A stretch of 64,000 bases of DNA from an uncultured Candidatus Saccharibacteria bacterium (GTDB lineage: Bacteria; Patescibacteriota; WWE3; UBA101185; UBA10185): NCBI GenBank assembly GCA_964643995.1, contig CAZXUJ010000004.1, positions 8,606 to 72,605 on the forward strand, given 5' to 3'. Made by a program: the position numbers and the translations under genes. The notes beneath the pieces are model-generated. The model was given only the letters and a program-made list of their open reading frames with translations. It was not told the origin of the DNA and did no database searches. The stretch's first letter is position 1. The number at the start of each line of letters is the position of its first letter. Of this stretch, positions 47,276-57,251 are shown piece after piece.

Positions 47276-49072
47276 CTATTGGTAATTTCCACGTTTTTGC
47301 ATGTTTAAAAGGTCTATTATTTCTTGAGGGGTTGTGGTGTCACTTGCACGTTTATCATCCCGAAATTTCAATAGTCGTGGAAATCTCAATGCATACCCCA
47401 AGGAATGTGTTTGTGAAACTGACACCTCGTCTGCCCCTAACTCTACGACTATCTCAGGCGCAGTCCAGACATCAGGTTTATAAAGTTTGTTAACAACATA
47501 ATTTTTCGGTTGTTCCTTTACAGCGACTTTGTCGGCTTTCTGCTTTAAAGTGATCCAATCCTCATCCTTGAGGCCCGTACCAACCTTGGTTATGGTTTTG
47601 TACACACCTTCATCCGGATCGAATATTCCTACTAAAAATCCACCAATTCCAAATTTTGATCTCACGCCTCGCCCAAAATAGTAACCCAAAACAACTACGT
47701 CTACGCTATCGTCAAGCAACTTCGTATCCGCAACTTTTATCTTTACCCAATTAAAAGACCTTGCTCCTGCTTGGTATTCAACCTCAGGCTTTTTCAAAAT
47801 TAACCCTTCAAGCCCTTTTTCTCGTGCTTCCGCAAAATATGACTTTAATCCCTCAACCGTTCTAATTTCTGGATAGTCATCTACCAAAATAACATCGCCC
47901 TCTTTAACTATCTTTTTGAGAAGCTCTTTACGTTTAATCAAAGGCTCTGTAGTCAACGATTTTCCATTGAGGTAAAGCAAATCAAAAACAAAATACTTCA
48001 ACGGAATCTTTTCGGCTATTTCTTTGACATTGTGCTTACGTTTTCTTTGCATAATCTGTTGAAACGGTAAAAATTCCATAGTTTCAGGATCATATCCAAC
48101 CGCCTCACCATCGATAATCACACTTGTTGCATCGATTTGACCTAATGCAGCCTCAACAATGTCAGGATACTGATATGTCACTTCCTCAAGATTTCGAGTA
48201 AAAGTCTTCACAAAGGTTCTCTCAGGAGTTTCTTCTGCAAATAGATTTTTTTGTTCGAGTTCTGTCGTCTCCAGCTTTTTAGACTTATCCATGTGAAGTT
48301 GAACACGTGTACCATCAAACTTGTACTCAGCCCAAACACACTCCATTTTTTCGATAATCTCTTCAAAAGTTGGTATCCTTTGACACTTTTGCGGCAGAAT
48401 GGGCACGCCGACTTCAATACCAATTTTATCTACTCCGGTATCACCAAGCTCTTTAATCTTTTTAGCAATCAAGCCGATATCAGGGTGCAAATTGTAAATT
48501 TCTTCGAGTTTAGCTTTAAAATCCTTTTTCGCTTCTTTTTCGGTCTTGCCTACGTACTGCACCAAAGCATCCAAAACAGTCAACTCAGTGAAGCCAAGTC
48601 GCATAGTACCCAAAATAATTCTCACTACATATTTTGCGGACAGCGCGTCAACGCTTTGCAAAAGCTCGGAAGTTTTGGCAATTTTCAAATCTTGTGAACC
48701 GGCTCCGTCGGAATCTGCTATTTCCCAGAGCTTTTTGTAGGTATCGGGGATGTTTAGACCCTTATGGCTGTTTTCACCAACTATACTCTCTACGACTCCG
48801 CCTAGATCTCCTTTTTCAGAATAAAGCCTCATAAGTTCCTCGGGGCTTTTGTGAAACGCTTGTTCTAAAGCTCGTAAAATCATCTTGTCGGCAATATTAA
48901 ACTTTTTGTTCTTATATTGAGCTTGCAGCTCACCAAGAGCCAAATACACAGCCAAGTCAGTTTCTTCCTTGTCCAGCTCGTTTAATAGAGAGGTCAAAAT
49001 ATCAGTGATTTCTAGCCTCTTTGAGGTCTCTGCAAGCTTTTGAAGGTATATAGCGAAATTACGGAATTGCAT
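47276..49072 (-). CDS. lig: ATP-dependent DNA ligase (full length with DNA-binding domain)
   Basis: EYKFDGTRVQLH, IIDGEA, FVFDLLYLNG, EGLILK, KVGTG, ALRFPRL..FRDDK. Confidence 0.95.
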   Translation of the reverse strand: MQFRNFAIYLQKLAETSKRLEITDILTSLLNELDKEETDLAVYLALGELQAQYKNKKFNIADKMILRALEQAFHKSPEELMRLYSEKGDLGGVVESIVGENSHKGLNIPDTYKKLWEIADSDGAGSQDLKIAKTSELLQSVDALSAKYVVRIILGTMRLGFTELTVLDALVQYVGKTEKEAKKDFKAKLEEIYNLHPDIGLIAKKIKELGDTGVDKIGIEVGVPILPQKCQRIPTFEEIIEKMECVWAEYKFDGTRVQLHMDKSKKLETTELEQKNLFAEETPERTFVKTFTRNLEEVTYQYPDIVEAALGQIDATSVIIDGEAVGYDPETMEFLPFQQIMQRKRKHNVKEIAEKIPLKYFVFDLLYLNGKSLTTEPLIKRKELLKKIVKEGDVILVDDYPEIRTVEGLKSYFAEAREKGLEGLILKKPEVEYQAGARSFNWVKIKVADTKLLDDSVDVVVLGYYFGRGVRSKFGIGGFLVGIFDPDEGVYKTITKVGTGLKDEDWITLKQKADKVAVKEQPKNYVVNKLYKPDVWTAPEIVVELGADEVSVSQTHSLGYALRFPRLLKFRDDKRASDTTTPQEIIDLLNMQKRGNYQ

Positions 49073-49239
49073 ACCTAAAGTATACCTTATAGTGAGTTTT
49101 TGGCCTTATACCAACACTTTTGTAGGTAGGCTATACCCTGTAGTAGCAACGATACCTAGCGTTTGAGCGCTGAAACTTTGACACACTGCGGTATAATTAA
49201 CTTATTGTCGGAAGGCAAACCAATATATAAGGAGAGCAC

Positions 49240-49431
49240 ATGAACCCGATTACATGGTTGTTCGGTACAGAAGATGATGATGCAGTTGTTCCGTTTGAGG
49301 TGTCCGAGGAAGTTCCTGCGTGGTTAAAGGAAGAAGATATTCATGATGCAGGGACTCACCAAGAGACTTCTGAGGACAATAGCTGGGTGAGACTCGGTTT
49401 AGCCAAGCTGCACAAGCGCCGTCAAGGTTAG
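49240..49431 (+). CDS. Orphan acidic microprotein
   Basis: 63 aa, AAGGAGAG SD, TATAAT upstream, hairpin 49439-49510 plus T-run downstream. Confidence 0.6.
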   Translation: MNPITWLFGTEDDDAVVPFEVSEEVPAWLKEEDIHDAGTHQETSEDNSWVRLGLAKLHKRRQG

Positions 49432-49607
49432 TTCTATCGGATGGAGAGTTACAGCTTAATAAATGAAATTCTTTTTATTATTCTGTCCTTGTCTATATGA
49501 CACTCCATCCAAATTTTTTCTTTTTACCTTACCCTCAAGTTATCCACAATTCTTTATTTATTCTATTAGCAACTAAAAATGTTCACCCGTAAACTATAGG
49601 GCTTTAC

Positions 49608-50606
49608 CTATATTTCACTTATTACGTCAAACCCTTTATAGCTTCCCACAATCGCTAGTCCGAATACTTTTTTGGCGACGCCTTCATCTTTTAGTTTTTT
49701 GGCAACTTCATTCATTGATGCTCCAGATCCAACTGCATCATCAAGTAGTAGAACGTTTTTAAACTTTACTGATGCGTCTTTGATGTGAATAGATGAACGT
49801 GCATTTTGTATTCTTTCCTCAAGTTTGCTGAGTGTTTTTTGTGCTACTGGAAAATCACCTTTGTATGCTTTAACCAAAGTTATTTTAGGTATTTTGATAG
49901 TTAGATTTTTTTCGAGTTCTTTCAGAAATTGAATCTTTCTCGGTATTGTAGGTGGGATTATGCCTAACGCATTAATCTTATGTTTTTTAATGATTTCGTG
50001 TACCTTATCGTTTACTTCTGTTGAAATACCTTTTATTAATTTTGGTTGTTGTCCTTGTTTGGAGTATAGAACAAGTTGCCCCAGTCGTGTTTTCCCAAAT
50101 TTTGGCAGACTATAAAAATCCATAAAATAAACTTCATCTATTGCCAGATTTTCATCGAATGTACTGTTTAACTTTTGCGTTGCATTTATCAGCCCAATTG
50201 AATTTCTATGCCTCCCTACATCCTTCATTATCTTCACGTATTCATTCATTAAGGTGTGTATACGAGGGGACATTTTTATATTAGCTACCCATTTTTGAAA
50301 ACCCTCAAAGCCATATAGTAACTCTCCAGAAGGGGACACCCACAAGTAGTTATCATCGATAAAGCTACTTGCTTTTGATTGAGGTGCATCTTGTACAGTA
50401 ATGGCGGTATCACTTTCATTAATTTCATAAAAAACCAGCGGTGCTTTGCCTAGTTTTGTCACGGCCTCTTCTTCTTGAAGATTTTTGAGGTGTCTATGTA
50501 TGATTTGCCTGCTTAGCCCAAACTCTCTACTTAGCTCTTCTATACGAGCTTTTTTGTGCTTTGCAAGGTAATCTATCAGTTTGGATTTGGTATTTCGAAA
50601 CCCCAT
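49608..50606 (-). CDS. wHTH + phosphoribosyltransferase-domain protein
   Basis: N-term ELSREFGLSRQIIHRHLKNL; C-term VLLLDDAVGSGASMNE. Confidence 0.8.
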   Translation of the reverse strand: MGFRNTKSKLIDYLAKHKKARIEELSREFGLSRQIIHRHLKNLQEEEAVTKLGKAPLVFYEINESDTAITVQDAPQSKASSFIDDNYLWVSPSGELLYGFEGFQKWVANIKMSPRIHTLMNEYVKIMKDVGRHRNSIGLINATQKLNSTFDENLAIDEVYFMDFYSLPKFGKTRLGQLVLYSKQGQQPKLIKGISTEVNDKVHEIIKKHKINALGIIPPTIPRKIQFLKELEKNLTIKIPKITLVKAYKGDFPVAQKTLSKLEERIQNARSSIHIKDASVKFKNVLLLDDAVGSGASMNEVAKKLKDEGVAKKVFGLAIVGSYKGFDVISEI

Positions 50607-50608
50607 AT

Positions 50609-50651
50609 GTTTACAGTTTACAGTCTACTGTAAACTCTGTGATTTGTAAAC
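50609..50651. promoter_or_regulatory. GTTTACA-based operator array
   Basis: Perfect palindrome AGTTTACAGT-CT-ACTGTAAACT 50615-50636 plus flanking GTTTACA/TGTAAAC copies, just upstream of the HTH-PRTase start. Confidence 0.65.
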
Positions 50652-50655
50652 ATTT

Positions 50656-51627
50656 TCAAGTTAGTTCGTAATGTGAGCTTTTGGTTTTACCTTTTTTAAC
50701 TACAATGTTTTTATCCATCAATCCCTTAAGTTCTCTCAAAACTGTATCTTCGGAAATGCTTGGAAATAGTTTAGGGAAGTCGGTGTTTTGAAGCATGCCA
50801 AAGTCCTGTAGGTATTCAATAATTTTTTCTTGTCTTTGAGATAATCTTGCTTCGTCCCCTGCGGCACGTGCAATCTTAATGTCGCGGGCTAGCATCTTAA
50901 CGTTTTCGGCTATGCTAGTAATTTCCCTACTAAAACCTTCTGTGAAGTAGTCTATCCATCTGGTGAAGTCGTCATTTTTGTTGGCGTCGTAGAGTGTATC
51001 AAGGTAAGTTCTACGTGTTTGCATGAAGTATTCTTCCATGGCGTAAAAGCCTTTGATGTTGTAATTGAAAGTTTTTAGACATAGATTGGCCAATAGATCA
51101 GAGAGTATGCTGTTACCCACCTCAAATGGGGCAATGTACTCAATGCGCGCTTTAAAGATGGCTATTGATACCAGTGGATGAGTTTCTTTGGCGTCCAGGC
51201 TGTTGTACCAATCTATAACTGCGCTAAGCTCTGCCAATATTTCTGGGGCAGGGAGTTTACGTTCCATATGAGCACTACGATAGGTTAAATTTTTGTTAAA
51301 GCAAAGATAAATGGCTTTTATGTCAGCTTCGTTTATTTCCATATGCCTTGAAAGTGTTGTGGCTACATCTAAAGCTTTTTGATAGTTTTTCATTTCAACT
51401 GTAGGTGAAGTTGGCAAGCCTGAAACAAATCTTTTCACAATATCAAAATTAATGTTTAGGCCTTCTCGCATAAGTGAAAAGTAAATTGTTCTTGTTGTGG
51501 CATCTTTTTCTAGTTGTGTAGTCCAGTTGGGTAGTAAAGTAGTAGTCTCAATTATTGCCCGCGCGTATTCGCTGCTCGCTATGTTTTTTAGAGTATTTCC
51601 AGTGATTGCGTATTCTGGGAGGAACAT
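50656..51627 (-). CDS. Fic-family protein with degenerate active site and C-terminal wHTH
   Basis: EMKNYQKAL, HPL, IAPFEVGNSILSD (vs HPFxDGNGRxxR), WIDYF.EG, ISEDTVLREL..L...GKTKSSHY. Confidence 0.75.
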   Translation of the reverse strand: MFLPEYAITGNTLKNIASSEYARAIIETTTLLPNWTTQLEKDATTRTIYFSLMREGLNINFDIVKRFVSGLPTSPTVEMKNYQKALDVATTLSRHMEINEADIKAIYLCFNKNLTYRSAHMERKLPAPEILAELSAVIDWYNSLDAKETHPLVSIAIFKARIEYIAPFEVGNSILSDLLANLCLKTFNYNIKGFYAMEEYFMQTRRTYLDTLYDANKNDDFTRWIDYFTEGFSREITSIAENVKMLARDIKIARAAGDEARLSQRQEKIIEYLQDFGMLQNTDFPKLFPSISEDTVLRELKGLMDKNIVVKKGKTKSSHYELT

Positions 51628-51692
51628 TTGATTTATTCTCGCATATTTCCCGCAGAAACTCTATACTTATGAGGAAAGGTTATAATACAAAC

Positions 51693-53678
51693 ATGTGGCT
51701 AGAGTTACTCCAGGTGACTTTGTTTTATCTAAACATATTTTCCATCGGTCTGTTTGGTACTGTGTTTATTCGCAAGTTTTTTGGATATTCCGTAGAAACT
51801 TCTTACGTTTTTGGAAGGCTCGCAGGGCTACTTATTTTGGCTTATATAACTTGGTTTCTTGGCACAGTTGGTGTTGTTTCGTTTTCGAGTCGTTTTATTT
51901 GGGTTATATATCTTATTCTTATTTTCACGGCTTTGTGTTTTTCTCGGGATCTTTCATTACGTGAAAGCTTAGGGAAGTTATTAAAATTAGAGCTGGTATA
52001 TTTTTTACCTTTTGCTTTTATAACCATCTACTTGTTTGTGTTTCCAGACATTATAAATGCTGAAAAATACATGAATTTTGGTATTTTTAATTCATTGTTG
52101 AATTTCGATGTGTTGCCTCCCAAAGATATGTGGTTAGCGCCCTATAGCTTGAACTATTACTACTTTGGACATTTAGTTTATGCGATACCTGCTAAAATGT
52201 TCTCATACCAGCCTGAAGTAGTATTCAATATTGTTTTATCCACTATTTTTGGTCTAGTGTTTCTTCAAGTTTATTACTTCGTTTACGAACTCACCGCAAA
52301 AGCTAAGTACGCATTTCTTGGAAGTTTTCTTGTATGTTTCGCAGGCAATCTTTTTCCGGTGTTGTACTTTTTATTAAACCCAGCAGGAGATGTGAGTGTT
52401 ATCCAGCGCTCGGTGCGTTTTATTCCAGATGCTATTAACGACTTCCCAAGTTATAGTTTTTTTCTGGGGGGGCTCCATTCCCACGTTTTTGACCTCCCTA
52501 TAGTGATACTGTTTCTGTACCTACTTTACAAGCTATATGTTAGTGGAACCAAGCTAAAGTTACATTTGTTTGTTTTGTCCTTTTTGTTAGGTGCTATGTA
52601 TGTGACTAACAGTTGGGATTTTCTTGTTTATGCTTTTTTTCTTGGTTTTGTCTTGGCGGCATTTATGAAATTGCGTGTTTTGTTGCTGACTTACACCATA
52701 ATTATTTTTGGGTCTTTTTTGTTTTTTGTGCCTTATCATTTGACTGTCGTGTCCTCTGCCATATATGGAATTGGCTATGTTGGAACGCCTTCTGGTACGA
52801 TACGTCTAGTAGCGATGTTTGGTGTTTTTTTCCTCTTGGGAATACCTTGGATGCTTCAAAGGTTACCTATAGTGTTCAGAAGGGGATTTCGCACTTTAGA
52901 TAAGACCGATAGTTACATTTTCTTGATGATTCTAGCGAGTTTACTGATTGTTTTTAGTACAGAAATTTTATACATAAAAGACTTGCTTGCTGTGGAGAAT
53001 TTTTCGCAACGCAGATCAAACACTGTATATAAGTTTTGGTATGAGGCTTGGATTATGTTTAGTATTGCTATACCTTACGTGCTGTATAAAGTTTTGTCAT
53101 TTCGGAATAGCTTTTATAAACCTACTCTGCTTGTTGTACTGGGAGTTTTGTCTTTAACGGTCATTTATCCTACTTATAATTTTGTAGCAACTTACTACAA
53201 TCGTGTGCATACGGTAGAAAATCCTATCATAACGCTCGACGGCACCAAATACTTACTTATGGATTTCCCTGATATTTATAATGGAATAGCTTACCTAAAA
53301 ACCCTGGACCGCGATGTTGTTTTGCTAGAGCCTCCGGGAGAGCAATATGGTGAAAATCATTCCATTTTTTCATCTTATACTGGCGTCCCATCCGTTTTGG
53401 GTTGGTACAATCATGAGCGTGTTTGGAGAGGTGCGCCCCCAGAAATTTATGATCGTCTGTATGATATAAAAGCTATTTATACTGCAACTGAAACCGACAA
53501 AATTGCTGAGTTGTTACAAAAATACAAAGTAAATTACGTAATAATAAATGACCATGCACGCGAGCTTTATGGTGATGGTGCAGGTGATGGGGTACGCGTG
53601 TTTTCAACAACAGTCTATAAAAACGACTCTATTGAATTTTTGAAAATCTCAACCCTTCCTGACCACTCCCAACAGTAG
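51693..53678 (+). CDS. DUF2298-like GT-C membrane protein
   Basis: AEKYMNFG, LPPKDMW, NYYYFGH, INDFPSYSF..G.LHSH, TNSWDF, NTVYKF.Y.AW, TLDG, VLGW.NHE.VWRG. Confidence 0.8.
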   Translation: MWLELLQVTLFYLNIFSIGLFGTVFIRKFFGYSVETSYVFGRLAGLLILAYITWFLGTVGVVSFSSRFIWVIYLILIFTALCFSRDLSLRESLGKLLKLELVYFLPFAFITIYLFVFPDIINAEKYMNFGIFNSLLNFDVLPPKDMWLAPYSLNYYYFGHLVYAIPAKMFSYQPEVVFNIVLSTIFGLVFLQVYYFVYELTAKAKYAFLGSFLVCFAGNLFPVLYFLLNPAGDVSVIQRSVRFIPDAINDFPSYSFFLGGLHSHVFDLPIVILFLYLLYKLYVSGTKLKLHLFVLSFLLGAMYVTNSWDFLVYAFFLGFVLAAFMKLRVLLLTYTIIIFGSFLFFVPYHLTVVSSAIYGIGYVGTPSGTIRLVAMFGVFFLLGIPWMLQRLPIVFRRGFRTLDKTDSYIFLMILASLLIVFSTEILYIKDLLAVENFSQRRSNTVYKFWYEAWIMFSIAIPYVLYKVLSFRNSFYKPTLLVVLGVLSLTVIYPTYNFVATYYNRVHTVENPIITLDGTKYLLMDFPDIYNGIAYLKTLDRDVVLLEPPGEQYGENHSIFSSYTGVPSVLGWYNHERVWRGAPPEIYDRLYDIKAIYTATETDKIAELLQKYKVNYVIINDHARELYGDGAGDGVRVFSTTVYKNDSIEFLKISTLPDHSQQ

Positions 53679-54678
53679 TGATAATGGTTTGTTGTAGGGG
53701 AATGATGTTTTCAATTGCAGTTCTATGTTCTTTATCAAGTTCTGAGTAAATATCGTCTAGCAATAAAACAGGCCTCATACCTACCATTTTTTCAATGTAA
53801 TCGAGTTCACAAAGTTTTAAAATTAACACCAGTACTCTTTGTTGTCCTCTTGAGCCAAATCCAGCTAAATCATGCGTATTGAATACAAACTCTATATCAT
53901 CACGGTGTGGCCCCATTAAGGTCGACTTTGCTGCTATTTCGCGAGGTTGATATTCTATAAGCTTTTCGGGTGTAACTTCTTTTTTTATATATTTTGCGTG
54001 GTAATCATTTTTCTGTTCGGTTAGTTTAGCCGCATATTTGTGTATGTTGTCATTAAGAAAATCCAGAAAATCCTGGCGCCGCAGTTGGATCTTGGTTCCA
54101 TGCATCAAAATCTGTTCGTCCCAAAAATCTAACTGTTTCAAGCCTACATGTTCCTCTCGGATTTTTTCCAATAATCTGTTTCGTTGACGTAGCGCTTTAG
54201 TATAGGCCGTGTGGGCCTTTTTATATTCGCGATCAATTTGAAAAAATACTGTGTCCAAGTATTTTCTTCTTAGGCTAGGGGAACCTATTACGAGTTCGAT
54301 GCTTTCTGGTGTAAATAGCACGGTGTTTAACTGCCCAGCAAAAATGCTAAGACTTTTGGTTGTTTTGTCTATTTTTGCTAATTTTTTTGACATGTTTTCG
54401 AAATTTGGGTTTCTTTGGATTGCCAACTGTAGGTTTATGGTGTCCTCGTCTCTGATAATATTTGCTACTACGTTAGCTGTATCGTTTTCGTGATTGATCA
54501 TTTCTTTGTCATATTGTGCCTTCATTGATTTAGTTGTAGATAGTAGGTGAATTGCTTCTAAAATATTGCTTTTTCCACACCCGTTCGGCCCTTCTATTAG
54601 AAATGAGTCGCCATTGAATTCAATTAGTAGTTTTTTGTGGTTCCTAAAGTTTTTAAGCTCGAGTTTTGTGATTTTCAT
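53629..54678 (-). CDS. recF: DNA replication/repair protein RecF
   Basis: NFRNH, GPNGCGKSNILEAI, GSPSLRRKYLD, GPHRDD, GSRGQQR, LLLDDIYSELD. Confidence 0.96.
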   Translation of the reverse strand: MKITKLELKNFRNHKKLLIEFNGDSFLIEGPNGCGKSNILEAIHLLSTTKSMKAQYDKEMINHENDTANVVANIIRDEDTINLQLAIQRNPNFENMSKKLAKIDKTTKSLSIFAGQLNTVLFTPESIELVIGSPSLRRKYLDTVFFQIDREYKKAHTAYTKALRQRNRLLEKIREEHVGLKQLDFWDEQILMHGTKIQLRRQDFLDFLNDNIHKYAAKLTEQKNDYHAKYIKKEVTPEKLIEYQPREIAAKSTLMGPHRDDIEFVFNTHDLAGFGSRGQQRVLVLILKLCELDYIEKMVGMRPVLLLDDIYSELDKEHRTAIENIIPLQQTIITTVGSGQEGLRFSKIQ

Positions 54679-55529
54679 ATATCGTTTGCGAATAAGGTAG
54701 GGATATCGCTTTTGAATTGGCACCTGCTACAAAAATATGTTCCTCTTCCATTCAATTGTTTGAATTCAATCTTGCTAGAACATCTGGTGCAAATTTCTTT
54801 TCGATATACCCTAAAGTAGTTTTGTTGTTGGCCTTTTTTACCAAATAGATCAACGTAGTCACTCATACTTATGCCACGATTTTGTATTCCTTCTTGAAGG
54901 ACATCCTTGCTGGCGTCTAGCAATCTAGCCGCCATAGTGAGGCTGATCTGTTTTGTCTGAGTTTCAGGATGTATCTGAGCTATCCAAAGTGCATCTGTTG
55001 CATAGACATTTCCCAGGCCGGATATCAGATTTTGATCCAAAAGTGCATTTTTTATTGTTGTTCTCTTGGATTGAACAATCTGATGAAATTCCTGTGGCCT
55101 TAGTTTTGTATCCAGAGGTTCTGGTCCGTATTTTTCTTTTATCAGTCCTAACTCTTTGCTATTTAATAGTTTTACCTTACCAAACATTCTCATATCACAG
55201 AATCTTAATTCAAAGCTTTTACGGTTCTTTTCTAGATCGAAAACCACTCTTTCCCATTTATCACTTGCTTGCTCAGGTTTTCGAAGTAATAACCGTCCAG
55301 TCATCGCAAGATGCATAACAATCCAATTGCCAGAAGATAGTTGAACCACAATATTCTTTGCAACTCTTTGTACATCCTCAACAACATAGTTTTTTGCTGC
55401 CTTTTCTAAGGTTTCATTATCGGGAAGAGCGCTATATCCATCTCTGATGTGAACGTTTTTTATTTTAGCCCCAAGAGCGTATCTCTTAAGGTCTGTGGTT
55501 ATTGTGTGTACTTCGGGTAGTTCCGGCAT
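54675..55529 (-). CDS. mutM: Formamidopyrimidine-DNA glycosylase
   Basis: MPELPEV, HLAMTG, DMRMFG, LLDQ..ISGLGNVY, C-terminal Zn finger. Confidence 0.96.
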   Translation of the reverse strand: MPELPEVHTITTDLKRYALGAKIKNVHIRDGYSALPDNETLEKAAKNYVVEDVQRVAKNIVVQLSSGNWIVMHLAMTGRLLLRKPEQASDKWERVVFDLEKNRKSFELRFCDMRMFGKVKLLNSKELGLIKEKYGPEPLDTKLRPQEFHQIVQSKRTTIKNALLDQNLISGLGNVYATDALWIAQIHPETQTKQISLTMAARLLDASKDVLQEGIQNRGISMSDYVDLFGKKGQQQNYFRVYRKEICTRCSSKIEFKQLNGRGTYFCSRCQFKSDIPTLFANDI

Positions 55530-56637
55530 TAAAAGCCTCCCATTCTTTATCTACTACTTGTCTGAGTTCTTGTTTAAATCTTTCCTTATCAAATTTTTTG
55601 ATCGAGTTCTTTATTTTAGTGGAGTCAAATTGTTTTGTTGTAATCATGTCATCAAACTTCTTAAATTTTTCCAGAAAGCTGGCAACATCAAACTCTTCAA
55701 AAAATGTTCCGCTAACGGCATCAATGATAGTTTCTAAATGACCGCCCGATTTATGAGCAAAGACAGGTTTACCATGTGCCATTGCTTCGATAGGTACGAT
55801 GCCTAAATCTTCATCTTGAACAGAGTTGATTACCCCAAGGCAATTTTCCAGCAGTACGCTTTTTCGTTTTTCAGAAACTTGTCCTTCAAATTTGATGTTA
55901 TTGTTTGCCAGTAGTTTTAATTTATCCTCTTCGCCACCGGTCCCAGCAATAACTAGTGTTTTGCCCAGCTCGTTGAAGGCATTTACCAAAAAGTCGAAGT
56001 TTTTGTATGCCGACAATCTTCCAAGTGCAACGTAATAGTCCTTATATGTAACTTTTTCATTTTTATCTTTTTCGTAGGTGGTTTCTACTGGGGGATAGAT
56101 CACTTGTGCCTCACGTCTGTAAAACTTTCGAATACGTTTTTGTGTTTCTTGTGAGTTTGTTAGCAGTACGTTTGGTCTTTGTGCAGCATAGAAATCCCAA
56201 ATTCTGAGACCAAAATCTATCACCTTAACGAAAGGCTTGAAATACCAAATATTACGTTTCTGACTTTCTACGGAGTATCCATAAAGAAATCTTGGAGGTG
56301 TGTGAATATAACTTATATGCAGTTGGTCTGGCGTTGTTAGTACACCTTTTGGCCAAGCTGTTCCGTCTGAAATTATAATGTCATATTCCCGTAAATCGAA
56401 GCTCTCAAAAACTAGTGGCATTAGAAAGGTTAAAAATTTTTGAAATTTGCTAAGAAGTTTATTTTTAGGCGCAATTATCTTTTGTTTGTTAAGAAAATCT
56501 GAAAGCCTATCTGGACTATATATCCCAGTGTAAATAGGCGCGTCAGGGAAGACTTCGAGTATTGCTTCTAGAGTTTTTTCCGCGCCACCATACTGTACCA
56601 AATATTCATGTACCAAAGCTATTTTTGGTTTTTTCAT
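55486..56637 (-). CDS. GT4 glycosyltransferase
   Basis: ALVHEYL.QYGGAE, YIHTPPR, VIYPPV, EDLGIVPIEAMA.GKPV. Confidence 0.9.
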   Translation of the reverse strand: MKKPKIALVHEYLVQYGGAEKTLEAILEVFPDAPIYTGIYSPDRLSDFLNKQKIIAPKNKLLSKFQKFLTFLMPLVFESFDLREYDIIISDGTAWPKGVLTTPDQLHISYIHTPPRFLYGYSVESQKRNIWYFKPFVKVIDFGLRIWDFYAAQRPNVLLTNSQETQKRIRKFYRREAQVIYPPVETTYEKDKNEKVTYKDYYVALGRLSAYKNFDFLVNAFNELGKTLVIAGTGGEEDKLKLLANNNIKFEGQVSEKRKSVLLENCLGVINSVQDEDLGIVPIEAMAHGKPVFAHKSGGHLETIIDAVSGTFFEEFDVASFLEKFKKFDDMITTKQFDSTKIKNSIKKFDKERFKQELRQVVDKEWEAFNAGTTRSTHNNHRP

Positions 56638-56702
56638 GAGTGTATTATACAGTCCATCAGTCTTTTCTTGTATGAAACATAATTTTGTGAGTTAATATAC
56701 CC

Positions 56703-57251
56703 ATGCGCCCAAATGAGAATGGCTTCTCTGCCGTATTAACACTTTTAGTAATCTTTTCTGTTATTGCTGTACCGACCTATTTTATTTATTACACCAATAC
56801 CGTACAAAACCCTCGCAATCTTGAAACCAATGTCAGAGGTGTCTCTACTTCACGTCAGCTTTCTACAAAGCCGGGGTTTGGGGTTTCTGTTACCTCAGGG
56901 GCAGCAACCTGGAATTTGGTGGAATATTTGTGCAACGACTTGGATGAATGTCTTTCTTCGTTAAATTCCGGTCGTCGGTTAGGCACAGTTAGCGGTGGGG
57001 AAACTGATCTACATGAGGTTGTCGTTGAATACTCTGCCGACTGGGCTGAATATGACTACATTAAATATTTTGTTCGTTCCGGCTGGTATACATCGAGTGG
57101 TGCCTTTAAGGTTACCTCTCTTGGGGACGTCCCAGGTTCCGAAAAGCATATTATAGAAGATAATGGTGAGGTTTTCGAAGTAGTTGTTTCTCCAATCGTA
57201 AACGTAACTAATTCATTTTATTCTTCAGCTACATTTTCTGACGTAAACTGA
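56703..57251 (+). CDS. Hypothetical exported single-TM protein
   Basis: 182 aa with N-terminal TM. Confidence 0.6.
   Translation: MRPNENGFSAVLTLLVIFSVIAVPTYFIYYTNTVQNPRNLETNVRGVSTSRQLSTKPGFGVSVTSGAATWNLVEYLCNDLDECLSSLNSGRRLGTVSGGETDLHEVVVEYSADWAEYDYIKYFVRSGWYTSSGAFKVTSLGDVPGSEKHIIEDNGEVFEVVVSPIVNVTNSFYSSATFSDVN

Noticed and set aside
49081-49146. TATACCYTRTAGT-like motif also seen near 28804 and 35636
   Set aside because: Short, AT-rich and overlapping -10 elements; cannot be separated from promoter consensus without statistics
49540-49548. Perfect DnaA box TTATCCACA
   Set aside because: Single isolated copy with no cluster or unwinding element; compatible with chance
56703-57251. Type IV prepilin (NGF-SAVL)
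   Set aside because: Lacks Glu at +5 and there are no pil genes nearby
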